From positions 257,982,001-258,046,000 of the forward strand of contig OZ024741.1 in assembly GCA_964016885.1 (NCBI GenBank): a stretch of 64,000 nt of DNA, in the 5' to 3' direction. Positions within the stretch are counted from its first letter, which is position 1; each line of letters starts with the position of its first letter. A program made the position numbers and the translations under genes. The stretch is from Eledone cirrhosa. Taxonomy: Eukaryota. The notes under the pieces are model-generated. The model worked only from the letters and a program-made list of their open reading frames with translations, searched no databases and was not told where the DNA came from. Shown here piece after piece: positions 26,401 through 42,137 of this stretch.

Positions 26401-27731
26401 ATACGAGTGTTTCGACTTACGGGTGTTTCGACTTACGGGTGTTTCGACATATGAGTGTTTCGACTTACGAGTGTTCTGACTTACGAGTGTGCTGACTTAC
26501 GAGTGTTCCGACTTACGAGTGTTTAGGTTTACGAGTGTTTCGACACATGAGTGTTTTGACTTACGGGTGTTTCGACTTACGGGTGTTTCGACTTACGAGT
26601 GTTTCGGCTTACGAGTGTTTCGACTTACTAATGTTTTTACTTACGAGTGTTTCGGTGTACGAGTGTTTCGACTTAAGGATGTTTCGATTTACGAGTGTTT
26701 CGACTTACGAGTGTTTCGGCTTACGTGAGTTTCGTCTTAAGAGTGTTCTGATTTACGAGTGTTCTGACTTGCGGGTGTTCTGATTTACGAGTGTTCCGAC
26801 TTACGAGTGTTTCGGCTTATGAGTGTTTCGACTTACGAGTGTTTCGGCTTACGAGTGTTTCACCTTATGGGTGTTTCGACTTACGAGTGTTTTTACTTAT
26901 GGTGTTTCGGCTTCCGAGTGTTTCGACATACGAGTGTTTTGACTTACGGGTGTTTCGGCTTACGAGTGTTTCGACTTACGAGTGTTTCGCCTTACGAGTG
27001 TTTCGACTTACTAATGTTTTTACTTACGAGTGTTTCGGCGTACGAGAGTTTTGACTTACGAGTGTTTCGACTTACGAGTGTTTCGACTTACGAGTATTTT
27101 GACTTACGAATGTTTTGACTTACGGGTGTTTCGGCTTACGAGTGTTTCGACTTACGAGTCTTTCGGCTTACGAGTGTTTCGACTTACTAATGTTTTTACT
27201 TACGAGTGTTTCGGCGTACGAGTGTTTCGACTTACGAGTGTTTCGACTTACGGGTGTTTTGACTTACGGGTGTTTCGGCTTACGAGTGTTTTGACTTAAG
27301 GGTGTTTCGACTTACGAGTATTTTGGGCTTACGAGTGTTTCGACTTACGAGTGTTTTGACTTACGAGTGTTCTGATTTACGGATGTTTCGACATACGAGT
27401 GTTCAGACTTACGAGTGTTCCGACTTACGAGTGTTTCGGCTTACGAGTGTTTCGGCTCACGAGTGTTTCGACTTACGAGTATTTTGACTTACGAGTGTTT
27501 TGACTTACGGTGTTTCGGGTTACGAGTGTTTCGACTTACGAGTGTTTTGACTTACTGGTGTTATGACATACGAGTGTTTCGATACGAGTGTTTCGACTTA
27601 CGAGTGTTCTGACTTACGAGTGTTCTAACTTACGAGTGTTCTGACTTACGAGTGTTCTGACTTACGAGTGTTCCGACTTACGAGTGTTTCGGCTCACGAG
27701 TGTTTCGGCTTACGAGTGTTTCGACTTACGA
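20450..27731 (+). repeat. 7.3-kb HOR copy 1 (7282 bp)
   Basis: Elements a-e start at 20450, 21025, 22110, 22974 and 23599, followed by a ~4.1-kb element-free monomer tract with ordered landmark variants. Confidence 0.95.
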
Positions 27732-30700
27732 AAATAACAAATAGACGCGGTTTCAAATCTCTATGCTTTTCAAATTCATTACATTAATCTTTATTTATAC
27801 GTTTCGCTTTACGAGTGTTTCGACTTACGAGTGTTTCGACTTACGAGTGTTTCGGCTTACGAGTGTTTTGACTTACGAGTGTTTTGACTTACATGTGTTT
27901 CGACTTACGCGTGTTTCGACTTACGAGTGTTTCGACTTGCGAGTGTTTCGACTACGGGTGTTTCGACTTACGAATGTTTTGACTTACGGATGTTTTGACT
28001 TACGGGTGTTTCGGCTTACGAGTGTTTCGACTTACGAGTGTTTCGACTTACGAGTGTTTTGACTTACGGGTGTTTTGACTTACGGTGTTTCGGCTTACGA
28101 GTGTTTCGACTTACGAGTGTTTCGACTTACGGGTGTTTTGACATACGAGTGTTTCGATACGAGTGTTCTGACTTACGAGTGTTCTGACTTACGAGTGTTC
28201 TGACTTACGAGTGTTCTGACTTACGAGTGTTCTGACATACGTGTGTTCTGACTTACGAGTGTTCCGATTTACGAGTGTTTCGGCTTATGAGTGTTTCGAC
28301 TTACGTATGTTTTTGCTTACGGGTGTTTCGACTTACGAATGTTTTTGCTTACGAGTGTTTCGGCTTACGAGTGTTTCGACTTACGAAAATAACAAATAGA
28401 CGCGGTTTCAAATCTCTATGCTTTTCATATTCATTACATTAATCTTTATTTACACGTTTCGCTTTACGAGTGTTTCGACTTACGAGTGTTCCGACTTACG
28501 AGTGTTTCGACTTACGAGTGTTTCGACTTACGAGTGTTTCGACTTACGAGTGTTTCGACTTACGAGTGTTTTGACTTACGAGTGTTCTGACTTACGAGTG
28601 TTCTGACTTACGAGTGTTTCGACTTACGAGTGTTCTGACTTACGAGTGTTCTGACTTACGAGTGTTCCGACTTACGAGTGTTTCGACTTACGAGTGTTTC
28701 GACTTACGAGTGTTTCGACTTACGAGTGTTTCGGCTTAAGAGTGTTTTGACTTACGAGTGTTCTGACTACGAGTGTTCTGACTTACGAGTGTTTCGGCTT
28801 ATGAGTGTTTCGACTCACGAGTGTTTCGGCTTATGAGTGTTTCGACTTACGAGTGTTTCGGCTTACGAGTGTTTCGACTTACGAGTGTTTCGACTTACGG
28901 GTGTTTCGACTTACGAGTGTTTCGACTACGAGTGTTTCGACTTACGAGTGTTTCGGCTTACGAGTGTTTCGACATACGGGTGTTTCGACTTACGGTGTTT
29001 CGGCTTACGAGTGTTTCGACTTACGAGTGTTCTGACTTACGAGTGTTCTGACTTATGAGTGTTCTGACTTACGAGTGTTCTGACTTACGAGTGTTCCGAC
29101 TTGCGAGTGTTTCGGCTTACGAGTATTTCGGCTTACGAGTGTTTCGACTTACGAATGTTTCGACTTACGAGTGTTTCGACTTACGAGTGTTTAGACTTAC
29201 GAGTGTTTTGACTTACGGTGTTTCGGCTTACGAGTGTTTCGACTTACGAGTGTTTTGACTTACTGGTGTTTTGACATAAGAGTGTTTCGATACGAGTGTT
29301 TCGACTTACGAGTGTTCTGACTTACGAGTGTTCTGACTTACGAGTGTTCCGACTTACGAGTGTTTCGGCTCACCAGTGTTTCGGCTTACGAGTGTTTCGA
29401 CTTACGAAAATAACAAATAGACGCGGTTTCAAATCTCTATGCTTTTCAAATTCATTACATTAATCTTTATTTATACGTTTCGCTTTACGAGTGTTTCGAC
29501 TTACGAGTGTTTCGACTTACGAGTGTTTCGGCTTACGATTGTTTTGACTTACGAGTGTTTTGACTTACACGTGTTTCGACTTACGCGTGTTTCGACTTAC
29601 GAGTGATTCGACTTGCGAGTGTTTCGACTACGGGTGTTTCGACTTACGAATGTTTTGACTTACGGATGTTTTGACTTACGGGTGTTTCGGCTTACGAGTG
29701 TTTCGACTTACGAGTGTTCTGACTTACGAGTGTTCTGACTTACGGGTGTTCTGACTTACGAGTGTTCCGACTTACGAGTGTTTCGGCTTAAGAGTGTTTC
29801 GGATTACGAGTGCTTCGACTTACGAGTGTTTCGGCTTACGAGTGTTTCGACTTACGAGTGTTCTGACTACGAGTGTTCTGACTTACGGGTGTTCTGACTT
29901 ACGAGTGTTCCGACTTACGAGTGTTTCGACTTACGAGTGTTTCGGCTTTCGGGTGTTTAGACTTACGAGTGTTTCGGGTTACGAGTGTTTCGACTTACGA
30001 ATGTTTTCGCTTACGAGTGTTTCGGCTTACGAGTGTTTCGACTTACGAGTGTTTCGACTTACGAGTGTTTTGACTTACGGTTTTTCGGCTTGCGAGTGTT
30101 TCGACATACGAGTGTTTTTTTACTTACGGGCGTTTCGACTTACGGGTGTTTCGACTTACGAGTGTTTCGACTTACGAGTGTTCTGACTTACGAGTGTTCT
30201 GACTTGCGAGTGTTCCGACTTACGAGTGTTTCGGCTTACGAGTGTTTCGACATACGAGTGTTTTGACTTACGAAAATAATAAATAGACGCGGTTTCAAAT
30301 CTCTATGCTTTTCAAGTTCATTACATTAATCTTTATTTATACGTTTCGCTTTACGAATGTTTCGACTTACGAGTGTTTCGGCTTACGAGTGTTTCGACTT
30401 ACGAGTGTTCTGACTACGAGTGTTCTGACTTACGGGTGCTCTGACTTATGAGTGTTTTGATTACGAGTGTTTCTACTTACGAGTGTTTCGACTTACGGGT
30501 GTTTCGGCTTACGAGTGTTTCGACTTACGAGTGTTTTGACTTACGAATGTTTTGCCTTATGGGTGTTCCGGTTTACGAGTGTTTCGACTCACGAGTATTC
30601 TGACTTACGAGTGTTCCGACTTACGGGTGTTTCGACTTACGAGTGTTTCGACTTACGAGTGTTCCGACTTACGAGGGTTTCGGCTTACGGGTGTTCCGAC

Positions 30701-33700
30701 TTACGAGTATTTTCGGCTTACGAGTGTTTCGACTTACGAGTGTTTTGACTTACGGGTGTTTTGACATACGAGTGTTTCGATACGAGTGTTCTGACTTACG
30801 AGTGTTCTGACTTACGAGTGTTCTGACTTACGAGTGTTCCGACTTACGAGTGTTTCGGCTCACGAGTGATTCGGCTTACGAGTGTTTCGACTTACGAAAA
30901 TAATAGATAGACGCGGTTTCAAATCTCTATGCTTTTCAAGTTCATTACATTAATCTTTATTTATACGTTTCGCTTTACGAATGTTTCGACTTACGAGTGT
31001 TTCGGCTTACGATTGTTTTGACTTACGAGATTTTTGACTTACGGGTCTTTCGACTTAGGAGTGTTTCGACTTACGAGTGTTTCGGCTTACAAGTGTTTCG
31101 TCTTACGAGTGTTTCGGCTTACGAGTGTTTCGACTTACGAGTGTTCTGACTACGAGTGTTCTGACTTACGGGTGTTCTGACTTACGAGTGTTCCGACTTG
31201 CGAGTGTTTCGGCTTATGAATGTTTCGACTTACGAGTGTTTCGGCTTACGAGTGTTTCGACTTACGAGTGTTTCGGCTTACGATTGTTTCGACTTACGAA
31301 TGTTTTTGCTTACGAGTGTTTCGACTTACGAGTGTTTTGATTTACGGTGTTTCGGCTTACGAGTGTTTCGACTTACGAGTGTTTTGACTTACGGGTGTTT
31401 TGACATACGAGTGTTTCGATACGAGTGTTCTGACTTACGAGTGTTCTGACTTGCGAGTGTTCCGACTTACGAGTGTTTCGGCTTACGAGTGTTTCGACAT
31501 ACGAGTTTTTTAACTTACGGGTGTTTCGACTTACGTGTGTTTCGACTTAAGAGTGTTTCGACTTACGAGTGTTTCGACTTACGAGTGATTTTGCCATACG
31601 GGTGTTTCGGTTTACGAGTGTTTCGACTTACGAGTGTTCTGACTTACGAGTGTTCCGACTTACGAGTGTTTCGACTTACGAGTGTTTTGACTTACGAGTG
31701 TTCCGACCTACGAGCGTTTCGGCTTATGGGAGTTCCGACCTACGAGTGTTTCGACTTACGAGTGTTTTGACTTACGAGTGTTTCGGCTTACGAGTGTTTC
31801 GACTTACGAGTGTTTCGACTTACGAGTGTTTTGACTTACGGTGTTTCGACTTCCGAGTGTTTTGACTTACGGGTGTTTTGACATACGAGTGTTTCGATAC
31901 AAGTGTTCTGACTTCCGAGTGTTTTGACTTACGAGTGTTCTGACTTACGAGTGTCCTGACTTACGAGTGTTCTGAATTACGAGTGTTCCGATTTACGAGT
32001 GTTTCGGCTTATGAGTGTTTCGACTTACGAATGTTTTTGCTTACGGGCGTTTCGACTTACGAATGTTTTTGCTTACGAGTGTTTCGGCTTACGAGTGATT
32101 CGACTTACGGGTGTTTTGACTTAAGGGTGTTTTGTCTTACGGGTGTTGTGAATTACGAGTGTTCCGATTTACGAGTGTTTTGACTTACGGTGTTTCGGCT
32201 TACGAGTTATTCGACTTACGAATGTTTTGACTTACGGGTGTTTCGGCTTGCGAGTGTTTCGACTTACGAGTGTTTCGGCTTATGAGTGTTTCGACTTACT
32301 AATGTTTTTACTTACGAGTGTTTCGGCGTACGAGTGTTTTGACTTACGAGTGTTTCGACTTACGAGTGTTTTGACTTACGAATGTTTTGACTTACGGGTG
32401 TTTCGGCTTACGAGTGTTTCGGCTTACGAGTGTTTCGACATACGAGTTTTTTAACTTACGGGTGTTTCGACTTACGAGTGTTTCGACTTACGAGTGTTTC
32501 GGCTTACGAGTGTTTCGGCTTACGAGTGTTTCGGCTCACGAGTGTTTCGACTTACGAGTGTTTCGACTTACGAGTGTTTCGACTTAAGAGTGTTTCGACT
32601 TACGAGTGTTTCGACTTACGAGTGATTTTGCCATACGGGTGTTTCGGTTTACGAGTGTTTCGACTTACGAGTGTTCTGACTTACGAGTGTTCCGACTTAC
32701 GAGTGTTTCGACTTACGAGTGTTTTGACTTACGAGTGTTCCGACCTACGAGCGTTTCGGCTTATGGGAGTTCCGACCTACGAGTGTTTCGACTTACGAGT
32801 GTTTTGACTTACGAGTGTTTCCGCTTACGAGTGTTTCGGCTTACGAGTGTTTCGACTTACTAATGTTTTTACTTACGAGTGTTTCGGTGTACGAGTGTTT
32901 CGACTTAAGGATGTTTCGACTTACGGGTGTTTCGGCTTACGAGTGTTTCGACTTACGAGTGTTTTGACTTACGAGTGTTCTGACTTACGAGTGTTCTGAC
33001 TTATGAGTGTTCCGACTTACGAGTGTTCCGACTTACGAGTGTTTCGGCTTATGAGTGTTTCGACTTACGGGCGTTTCGACTTACGGGTGTTTCGACTTAC
33101 GAGTGTTTTGACTTACGAGTGTTCTGACTTACGAGTGTTCTGACTTACGAGTGTTCCGACTTACGAGTGTTCCGACTTACGGCTGTTTCGACTTACGAGT
33201 GTTTTGACTTACGAGTGTTCCGACTTACGAGTGTTTCGGCTTACGGGTGTTTCGACGTACGAGTATTTTTGGCTTACGAGTGTTTCGACTTACGAGTGTT
33301 TTGAATTACGATTGTTTCGGCTTACGAGTGTTTCGACTTACGAGTATTTCGACTTACGAGTGTTTTGACTTATGGGTGTTTGACATACGAGTGTTTCGAT
33401 ACGAATGCTCTGACTTACGAGTGTTCTGACTTACCAGTGTTCTGACTTACGAGTGTTCTGACTTACGGGTGTTCTGACTTACGTGTGTTCCGACTTACGA
33501 GTGTTTCGGCTATGGGTGTTTCGACTTACGAGTGTTTCGACTTACGAATGTTTTGGCTTACGAGTGTTTCGGCTTACGAGTGTATCGACTTACGAATGTT
33601 TTGGCTTACGAGTGTTTCGGCTTACGGGTGTTTCGACTTACGAGTGTTTCGACTTACGAGTGTTTTGACTTACGGTGTTTCGGCTTACGAGTTATTCGAC

Positions 33701-34967
33701 ATACGAGTGTTTCGACTTACGGGTGTTTCGACTTACGGGTGTTTCGACTTATGAGTGTTTCGACTTACGAGTGTTCTGACTTACGATGGTGCTGACTTAC
33801 GAGTGTTCCGGCTTACGAGTGTTTAGGTTTACGAGTGTTTCGACACATGAGTGTTTTGACTTACGGGTGTTTCGACTTACGGGTGTTTCGACTTACGAGT
33901 GTTTCGGCTTACGAGTGTTTCGACTTACTAATGTTTTTACTTACGAGTGTTTCGGTGTACGAGTGTTTCGACTTAAGGATGTTTCGATTTACGAGTGTTT
34001 CGACTTACGAGTGTTTCGGCTTACGTGAGTTTCGACTTAAGAGTGTTCTGATTTACGAGTGTTCTGACTTGCGGGTGTTCTGATTTACGAGTGTTCCGAC
34101 TTACGAGTGTTTCGGCTTATGAGTGTTTCGACTTACGAGTGTTTCGGCTTACGAGTGTTTCACCTTATGGGTGTTTCGACTTACGAGTGTTTTTACTTAT
34201 GGTGTTTCGGCTTCCGAGTGTTTCGACATACGAGTGTTTTGACTTACGGGTGTTTCGGCTTACGAGTGTTTCGACTTACGAGTGTTTCGGCTTACGAGTG
34301 TTTCGACTTACTAATGTTTTTACTTACGAGTGTTTCGGCGTACGAGAGTTTTGACTTACGAGTGTTTCGACTTACGAGTGTTTCGACTTACGAGTATTTT
34401 GACTTACGAATGTTTTGACTTACGGGTGTTTCGGCTTACGAGTGTTTCGACTTACGAGTCTTTCGGCTTACGAGTGTTTCGACTTACGGGTGTTTTGACT
34501 TACGGGTGTTTCGGCTTACGAGTGTTTTGACTTAAGGGTGTTTCGACTTACGAGTATTTTGGGCTTACGAGTGTTTCGACTTACGAGTGTTTTGACTTAC
34601 GAGTGTTATGATTTACGGATGTTTCGACATACGAGTGTTCAGACTTACGAGTGTTCCGACTTACGAGTGTTTCGGCTTACGAGTGTTTCGGCTCACGAGT
34701 GTTTCGACTTACGAGTATTTCGACTTACGAGTGTTTTGACTTACGGTGTTTCGGGTTACGAGTGTTTCGACTTACGAGTGTTTTGACTTACTGGTGTTAT
34801 GACATACGAGTGTTTCGATACGAGTGTTTCGACTTACGAGTGTTCTGACTTACGAGTGTTCTAACTTACGAGTGTTCTGACTTACGAGTGTTCTGACTTA
34901 CGAGTGTTCCGACTTACGAGTGTTTCGGCTCACGAGTGTTTCGGCTTACGAGTGTTTCGACTTACGA
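27732..34967 (+). repeat. 7.3-kb HOR copy 2 (7236 bp)
   Basis: Elements a-e start at 27732, 28387, 29408, 30274 and 30898. Confidence 0.95.
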
Positions 34968-37900
34968 AAATAACAAATAGACGCGGTTTCAAATCTCTAT
35001 GCTTTTCAAATTCATTACATTAATCTTTATTTATACGTTTCGCTTTACGAGTGTTTCGACTTGCGAGTGTTTCGACTACGGGTGTTTCGACTTACGAATG
35101 TTTTGACTTACGGATGTTTTGACTTACGGGTGTTTCGGCTTACGAGTGTTTCGACTTAAGAGTGTTTCGACTTACGAGTGTTTTGACTTACGGGTGTTTT
35201 GACTTACGGTGTTTCGGCTTACGAGTGTTTCGACTTACGGGTGTTTTGACATACGAGTGTTTCGATACGAGTGTTCTGACTTACGAGTGTTCTGACTTAC
35301 GAGTGTTCTGACTTACGAGTGTTCTGACTTACGAGTGTTCTGACATACGTGTGTTCTGACTTACGAGTGTTCCGATTTACGAGTGTTTCGGCTTATGAGT
35401 GTTTCGACTTACGTATGTTTTTGCTTACGGGTGTTTCGACTTACGAAAGTTTTTGCTTACGAGTGTTTCGGCTTACGAGTGTTTCGACTTACGAAAATAA
35501 CAAATAGACGCGGTTTCAAATCTCTATGCTTTTCAAATTCATTACATTAATCTTTATTTACACGTTTCGCTTTACGAGTGTTTCGACTTACGAGTGTTCC
35601 GACTTACGAGTGTTTCGACTTACGAGTGTTTCGACTTACGAGTGTTTCGACTTACGAGTGTTTTGACTTACGAGTGTTCTGACTTACGAGTGTTCTGACT
35701 TACGAGTGTTTCGACATACGAGTGTTCTGACTTACGAGTGTTCTGACTTACGAGTGTTCCGACTTACGAGTGTTTCGACTTACGAGTGTTTCGACTTACG
35801 AGTGTTTCGACTTACGAGTGTTTCGGCTTACGAGTGTTTTGACTTACGAGTGTTCTGACTACGAGTGTTCTGACTTACGAGTGTTTCGGCTTATGAGTGT
35901 TTCGACTCACGAGTGTTTCGGCTTATGAGTGTTTCGACTTACGAGTGTTTCGGCTTACGAGTGTTTCGACTTACGAGTGTTTCGACTTACGAGTGTTTCG
36001 ACTTACGGGTGTTTCGACTTACGAGTGTTTCGACTACGAGTGTTTCGACTTACGAGTGTTTCGGCTTACGAGTGTTTCGACATACGGGTGTTTCGACTTA
36101 CGGTGTTTCGGCTTACGAGTGTTTCGACTTACGAGTGTTCTGACTTACGAGTGTTCTGACTTATGAGTGTTCTGACTTACGAGTGTTCTGACTTACGAGT
36201 GTTCCGACTTACGAGTGTTTTGGCTTACGAGTGTTTCGGCTTACGAGTGTTTCGACTTACGAATGTTTCGACTTACGAGTGTTTCGACTTACGAGTGTTT
36301 AGACTTACGAGTGTTTTGACTTACGGTGTTTCGGCTTACGAGTGTTTCGACTTACGAGTGTTTTGACTTACGAGTGTTTTGACATAAGAGTGTTTCGATA
36401 CGAGTGTTTCGACTTACGAGTGTTCTGACTTACGAGTGTTCTGACTTACGAGTGTTCTGACTTACGAGTGTTCTAACTTACGAGTGTTCTGACTTACGAG
36501 TGTTCTGACTTACGAGTGTTCCGACTTACGAGTGTTTCGGCTCACCAGTGTTTCGGCTTACGAGTGTTTCGACTTACGAAAATAACAAATAGACGCGGTT
36601 TCAAATCTCTATGCTTTTCAAATTCATTACATTAATCTTTATTTATACGTTTCGCTTTACGAGTGTTTCGACTTACGAGTGTTTCGACTTACGAGTGTTT
36701 CGGCTTACGATTGTTTTGACTTACGAGTGTTTTGACTTACATGTGTTTCGACTTACGCGTGTTTCGACTTACGAGTGTTTCGACTTGCGAGTGTTTCGAC
36801 TACGGGTGTTTCGACTTACGAATGTTTTGACTTACGGATGTTTTGACTTACGGGTGTTTCGGCTTACGAGTGTTTCGACTTACGAGTGTTCTGACTTACG
36901 AGTGTTCTGACTTACGGGTGTTCTGACTTACGAGTGTTCCGACTTACGAGTGTTTCGGCTTAAGAGTGTTTCGGATTACGAGTGCTTCGACTTACGAGTG
37001 TTTCGGCTTACGAGTGTTTCGACTTACGAGTGTTCTGACTACGAGTGTTCTGACTTACGGGTGTTCTGACTTACGAGTGTTCCGACTTACGAGTGTTTCG
37101 ACTTACGAGTGTTTCGGCTTTCGGGTGTTTAGACTTACGAGTGTTTCGGGTTACGAGTGTTTCGACTTACGAATGTTTTCGCTTACGAGTGTTTCGGCTT
37201 ACGAGTGTTTCGACTTACGAGTGTTTCGACTTACGAGTGTTTTGACTTACGGTTTTTCGGCTTGCGAGTGTTTCGACATACGAGTGTTTTGACTTACGGG
37301 CGTTTCGACTTACGGGTGTTTCGACTTACGAGTGTTTCGACTTACGAGTGTTCTGACTTACGAGTGTTCTGACTTACGAGTGTTCCGACTTACGAGTGTT
37401 TCGGCTTACGAGTGTTTCGACATACGAGTGTTTTGACTTACGAAAATAATAAATAGACGCGGTTTCAAATCTCTATGCTTTTCAAGTTCATTACATTAAT
37501 CTTTATTTATACGTTTCGCTTTACGAATGTTTCGACTTACGAGTGTTTCGGCTTACGAGTGTTTCGACTTACGAGTGTTCTGACTACGAGTGTTCTGACT
37601 TACGGGTGCTCTGACTTATGAGTGTTTTGATTACGAGTGTTTCTACTTACGAGTGTTTCGACTTACGGGTGTTTCGGCTTACGAGTGTTTCGACTTACGA
37701 GTGTTTTGACTTACGAATGTTTTGCCTTATGGGTGTTCCGGTTTACGAGTGTTTCGACTCACGAGTATTCTGACTTACGAGTGTTCCGACTTACGGGTGT
37801 TTCGACTTACGAGTGTTTCGACTTACGAGTGTTCCGACTTACGAGGGTTTCGGCTTACGGGTGTTCCGACTTACGAGTATTTTCGGCTTACGAGTGTTTC

Positions 37901-40900
37901 GACTTATGAGTGTTTTGACTTACGGGTGTTTTGACATACGAGTGTTTCGATACGAGTGTTCTGACTTACGAGTGTTCTGACTTACGAGTGTTCTGACTTA
38001 CGAGTGTTCCGACTTACGAGTGTTTCGGCTCACGAGTGATTCGGCTTACGAGTGTTTCGACTTACGAAAATAATAGATAGACGCGGTTTCAAATCTCTAT
38101 GCTTTTCAAGTTCATTACATTAATCTTTATTTATACGTTTCGCTTTACGAATGTTTCGACTTACGAGTGTTTCGGCTTACGATTGTTTTGACTTACGAGA
38201 TTTTTGACTTACGGGTCTTTCGACTTAGGAGTGTTTCGACTTACGAGTGTTTCGGCTTACAAGTGTTTCGTCTTACGAGTGTTTCGGCTTACGAGTGTTT
38301 CGACTTACGAGTGTTCTGACTACGAGTGTTCTGACTTACGGGTGTTCTGACTTACGAGTGTTCCGACTTGCGAGTGTTTCGGCTTATGAATGTTTCGACT
38401 TACGAGTGTTTCGGCTTACGAGTGTTTCGACTTACGAGTGTTTCGGCTTACGATTGTTTCGACTTACGAATGTTTTTGCTTACGAGTGTTTCGACTTACG
38501 AGTGTTTTGATTTACGGTGTTTCGGCTTACGAGTGTTTCGACTTACGAGTGTTTTGACTTACGGGTGTTTTGACATACGAGTGTTTCGATACGAGTGTTC
38601 TGACTTACGAGTGTTCTGACTTGCGAGTGTTCCGACTTACGAGTGTTTCGGCTTACGAGTGTTTCGACATACGAGTTTTTTAACTTACGGGTGTTTCGAC
38701 TTACGTGTGTTTCGACTTACGAGTGTTTCGGCTTACGAGTGTTTCGGCTTACGAGTGTTTCGGCTCACGAGTGTTTCGACTTACGAGTGTTTCGACTTAC
38801 GAGTGTTTCGACTTAAGAGTGTTTCGACTTACGAGTGTTTCGACTTACGAGTGATTTTGCCATACGGGTGTTTCGGTTTACGAGTGTTTCGACTTACGAG
38901 TGTTCTGACTTACGAGTGTTCCGACTTACGAGTGTTTCGACTTACGAGTGTTTTGACTTACGAGTGTTCCGACCTACGAGCGTTTCGGCTTATGGGAGTT
39001 CCGACCTACGAGTGTTTCGACTTACGAGTGTTTTGACTTACGAGTGTTTCGGCTTACGAGTGTTTCGACTTACGAGTGTTTCGACTTACGAGTGTTTTGA
39101 CTTACGAGTGTTTTGACTTAGGGTGTTTCGACTTCCGAGTGTTTTGACTTACGGGTGTTTTGACATACGAGTGTTTCGATACAAGTGTTCTGACTTCCGA
39201 GTGTTTTGACTTACGAGTGTTCTGACTTACGAGTGTTCTGACTTACGAGTGTTCTGAATTACGAGTGTTCCGATTTACGAGTGTTTCGGCTTATGAGTGT
39301 TTCGACTTACGAATGTTTTTGCTTACGGGCGTTTCGACTTACGAATGTTTTTGCTTACGAGTGTTTCGGCTTACGAGTGATTCGACTTACGGGTGTTTTG
39401 ACTTAAGGGTGTTTTGTCTTACGGGTGTTGTGAATTACGAGTGTTCCGATTTACGAGTGTTTTGACTTACGGTGTTTCGGCTTACGAGTTATTCGACTTA
39501 CGAATGTTTTGACTTACGGGTGTTTCGGCTTGCGAGTGTTTCGACTTACGAGTGTTTCGGCTTATGAGTGTTTCGACTTACTAATGTTTTTACTTACGAG
39601 TGTTTCGGCGTACGAGTGTTTTGACTTACGAGTGTTTCGACTTACGAGTGTTTTGACTTACGAATGTTTTGACTTACGGGTGTTTCGGCTTACGAGTGTT
39701 TCGGCTTACGAGTGTTTCGACATACGAGTTTTTTAACTTACGGGTGTTTCGACTTACGAGTGTTTCGACTTACGAGTGTTTCGGCTTACGAGTGTTTCGG
39801 CTTACGAGTGTTTCGGCTCACGAGTGTTTCGACTTACGAGTGTTTCGACTTACGAGTGTTTCGACTTAAGAGTGTTTCGACTTACGAGTGTTTCGACTTA
39901 CGAGTGATTTTGCCATACGGGTGTTTCGGTTTACGAGTGTTTCGACTTACGAGTGTTCTGACTTACGAGTGTTCCGACTTACGAGTGTTTCGACTTACGA
40001 GTGTTTTGACTTACGAGTGTTCCGACCTACGAGCGTTTCGGCTTATGGGAGTTCCGACCTACGAGTGTTTCGACTTACGAGTGTTTTGACTTACGAGTGT
40101 TTCCGCTTACGAGTGTTTCGGCTTACGAGTGTTTCGACTTACTAATGTTTTTACTTACGAGTGTTTCGGTGTACGAGTGTTTCGACTTAAGGATGTTTCG
40201 ACTTACGGGTGTTTCGGCTTACGAGTGTTTCGACTTACGAGTGTTTTGACTTACGAGTGTTCTGACTTACGAGTGTTCTGACTTACGAGTGTTCCGACTT
40301 ACGGCTGTTTCGACTTACGAGTGTTTTGACTTACGAGTGTTCCGAATTACGAGTGTTTCGGCTTACGGGTGTTTCGACGTACGAGTATTTTTGGCTTACG
40401 AGTGTTTCGACTTACGAGTGTTTTGAATTACGATTGTTTCGGCTTACGAGTGTTTCGACTTACGAGTATTTCGACTTACGAGTGTTTTGACTTATGGGTG
40501 TTTGACATACGAGTGTTTCGATACGAATGCTCTGACTTACGAGTGTTCTGACTTACCAGTGTTCTGACTTACGAGTGTTCTGACTTACGGGTGTTCTGAC
40601 TTACGTGTGTTCCGACTTACGAGTGTTTCGGCTATGGGTGTTTCGACTTACGAGTGTTTCGACTTACGAATGTTTTGGCTTTCGAGTGTTTCGGCTTACG
40701 AGTGTATCGACTTACAAATGTTTTGGCTTACGAGTGTTTCGGCTTACGGGTGTTTCGACTTACGAGTGTTTCGACTTACGAGTGTTTTGACTTACGGTGT
40801 TTCGGCTTACGAGTTATTCGACATACGAGTGTTTCGACTTACGGGTGTTTCGACTTACGGGTGTTTCGACATATGAGTGTTTCGACTTACGAGTGTTCTG

Positions 40901-42137
40901 ACTTACGAGTGTGCTGACTTACGAGTGTTCCGACTTACGAGTGTTTAGGTTTACGAGTGTTTCGACACATGAGTGTTTTGACTTACGGGTGTTTCGACTT
41001 ACGGGTGTTTCGACTTACGGGTGTTTCGACTTACGAGTGTTTCGGCTTACGAGTGTTTCGACTTACTAATGTTTTTACTTACGAGTGTTTCGGTGTACGA
41101 GTGTTTCGACTTAAGGATGTTTCGATTTACGAGTGTTTCGACTTACGAGTGTTTCGGCTTACGTGAGTTTCGTCTTAAGAGTGTTCTGATTTACGAGTGT
41201 TCTGACTTGCGGGTGTTCTGATTTACGAGTGTTCCGACTTACGAGTGTTTCGGCTTACGAGTGTTTCACCTTATGGGTGTTTCGACTTACGAGTGTTTTT
41301 ACTTATGGTGTTTCGGCTTCCGAGTGTTTCGACATACGAGTGTTTTGACTTACGGGTGTTTCGGCTTACGAGTGTTTCGACTTACGAGTGTTTCGCCTTA
41401 CGAGTGTTTCGACTTACTAATGTTTTTACTTACGAGTGTTTCGGCGTACGAGAGTTTTGACTTACGAGTGTTTCGACTTACGAGTGTTTCGACTTACGAG
41501 TATTTTGACTTACGAATGTTTTGACTTACGGGTGTTTCGGCTTACGAGTGTTTCGACTTACGAGTCTTTCGGCTTACGAGTGTTTCGACTTACTAATGTT
41601 TTTACTTACGAGTGTTTCGGCGTACGAGTGTTTCGACTTACGAGTGTTTCGACTTACGGGTGTTTTGACTTACGGGTGTTTCGGCTTACGAGTGTTTTGA
41701 CTTAAGGGTGTTTCGACTTACGAGTATTTTGGGCTTACGAGTGTTTCGACTTACGAGTGTTTTGACTTACGAGTGTTCTGATTTACGGATGTTTCGACAT
41801 ACGAGTGTTCAGACTTACGAGTGTTCCGACTTACGAGTGTTTCGGCTTACGAGTGTTTCGGCTCACGAGTGTTTCGACTTACGAGTATTTCGACTTACGA
41901 GTGTTTTGACTTACGGTGTTTCGGGTTACGAGTGTTTCGACTTACGAGTGTTTTGACTTACTGGTGTTATGACATACGAGTGTTTCGATACGAGTGTTTC
42001 GACTTACGAGTGTTCTGACTTACGAGTGTTCTAACTTACGAGTGTTCTGACTTACGAGTGTTCTGACTTACGAGTGTTCCGACTTACGAGTGTTTCGGCT
42101 CACGAGTGTTTCGGCTTACGAGTGTTTCGACTTACGA
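34968..42137 (+). repeat. 7.3-kb HOR copy 3 (7170 bp)
   Basis: Elements a-e start at 34968, 35495, 36580, 37444 and 38068. Confidence 0.95.
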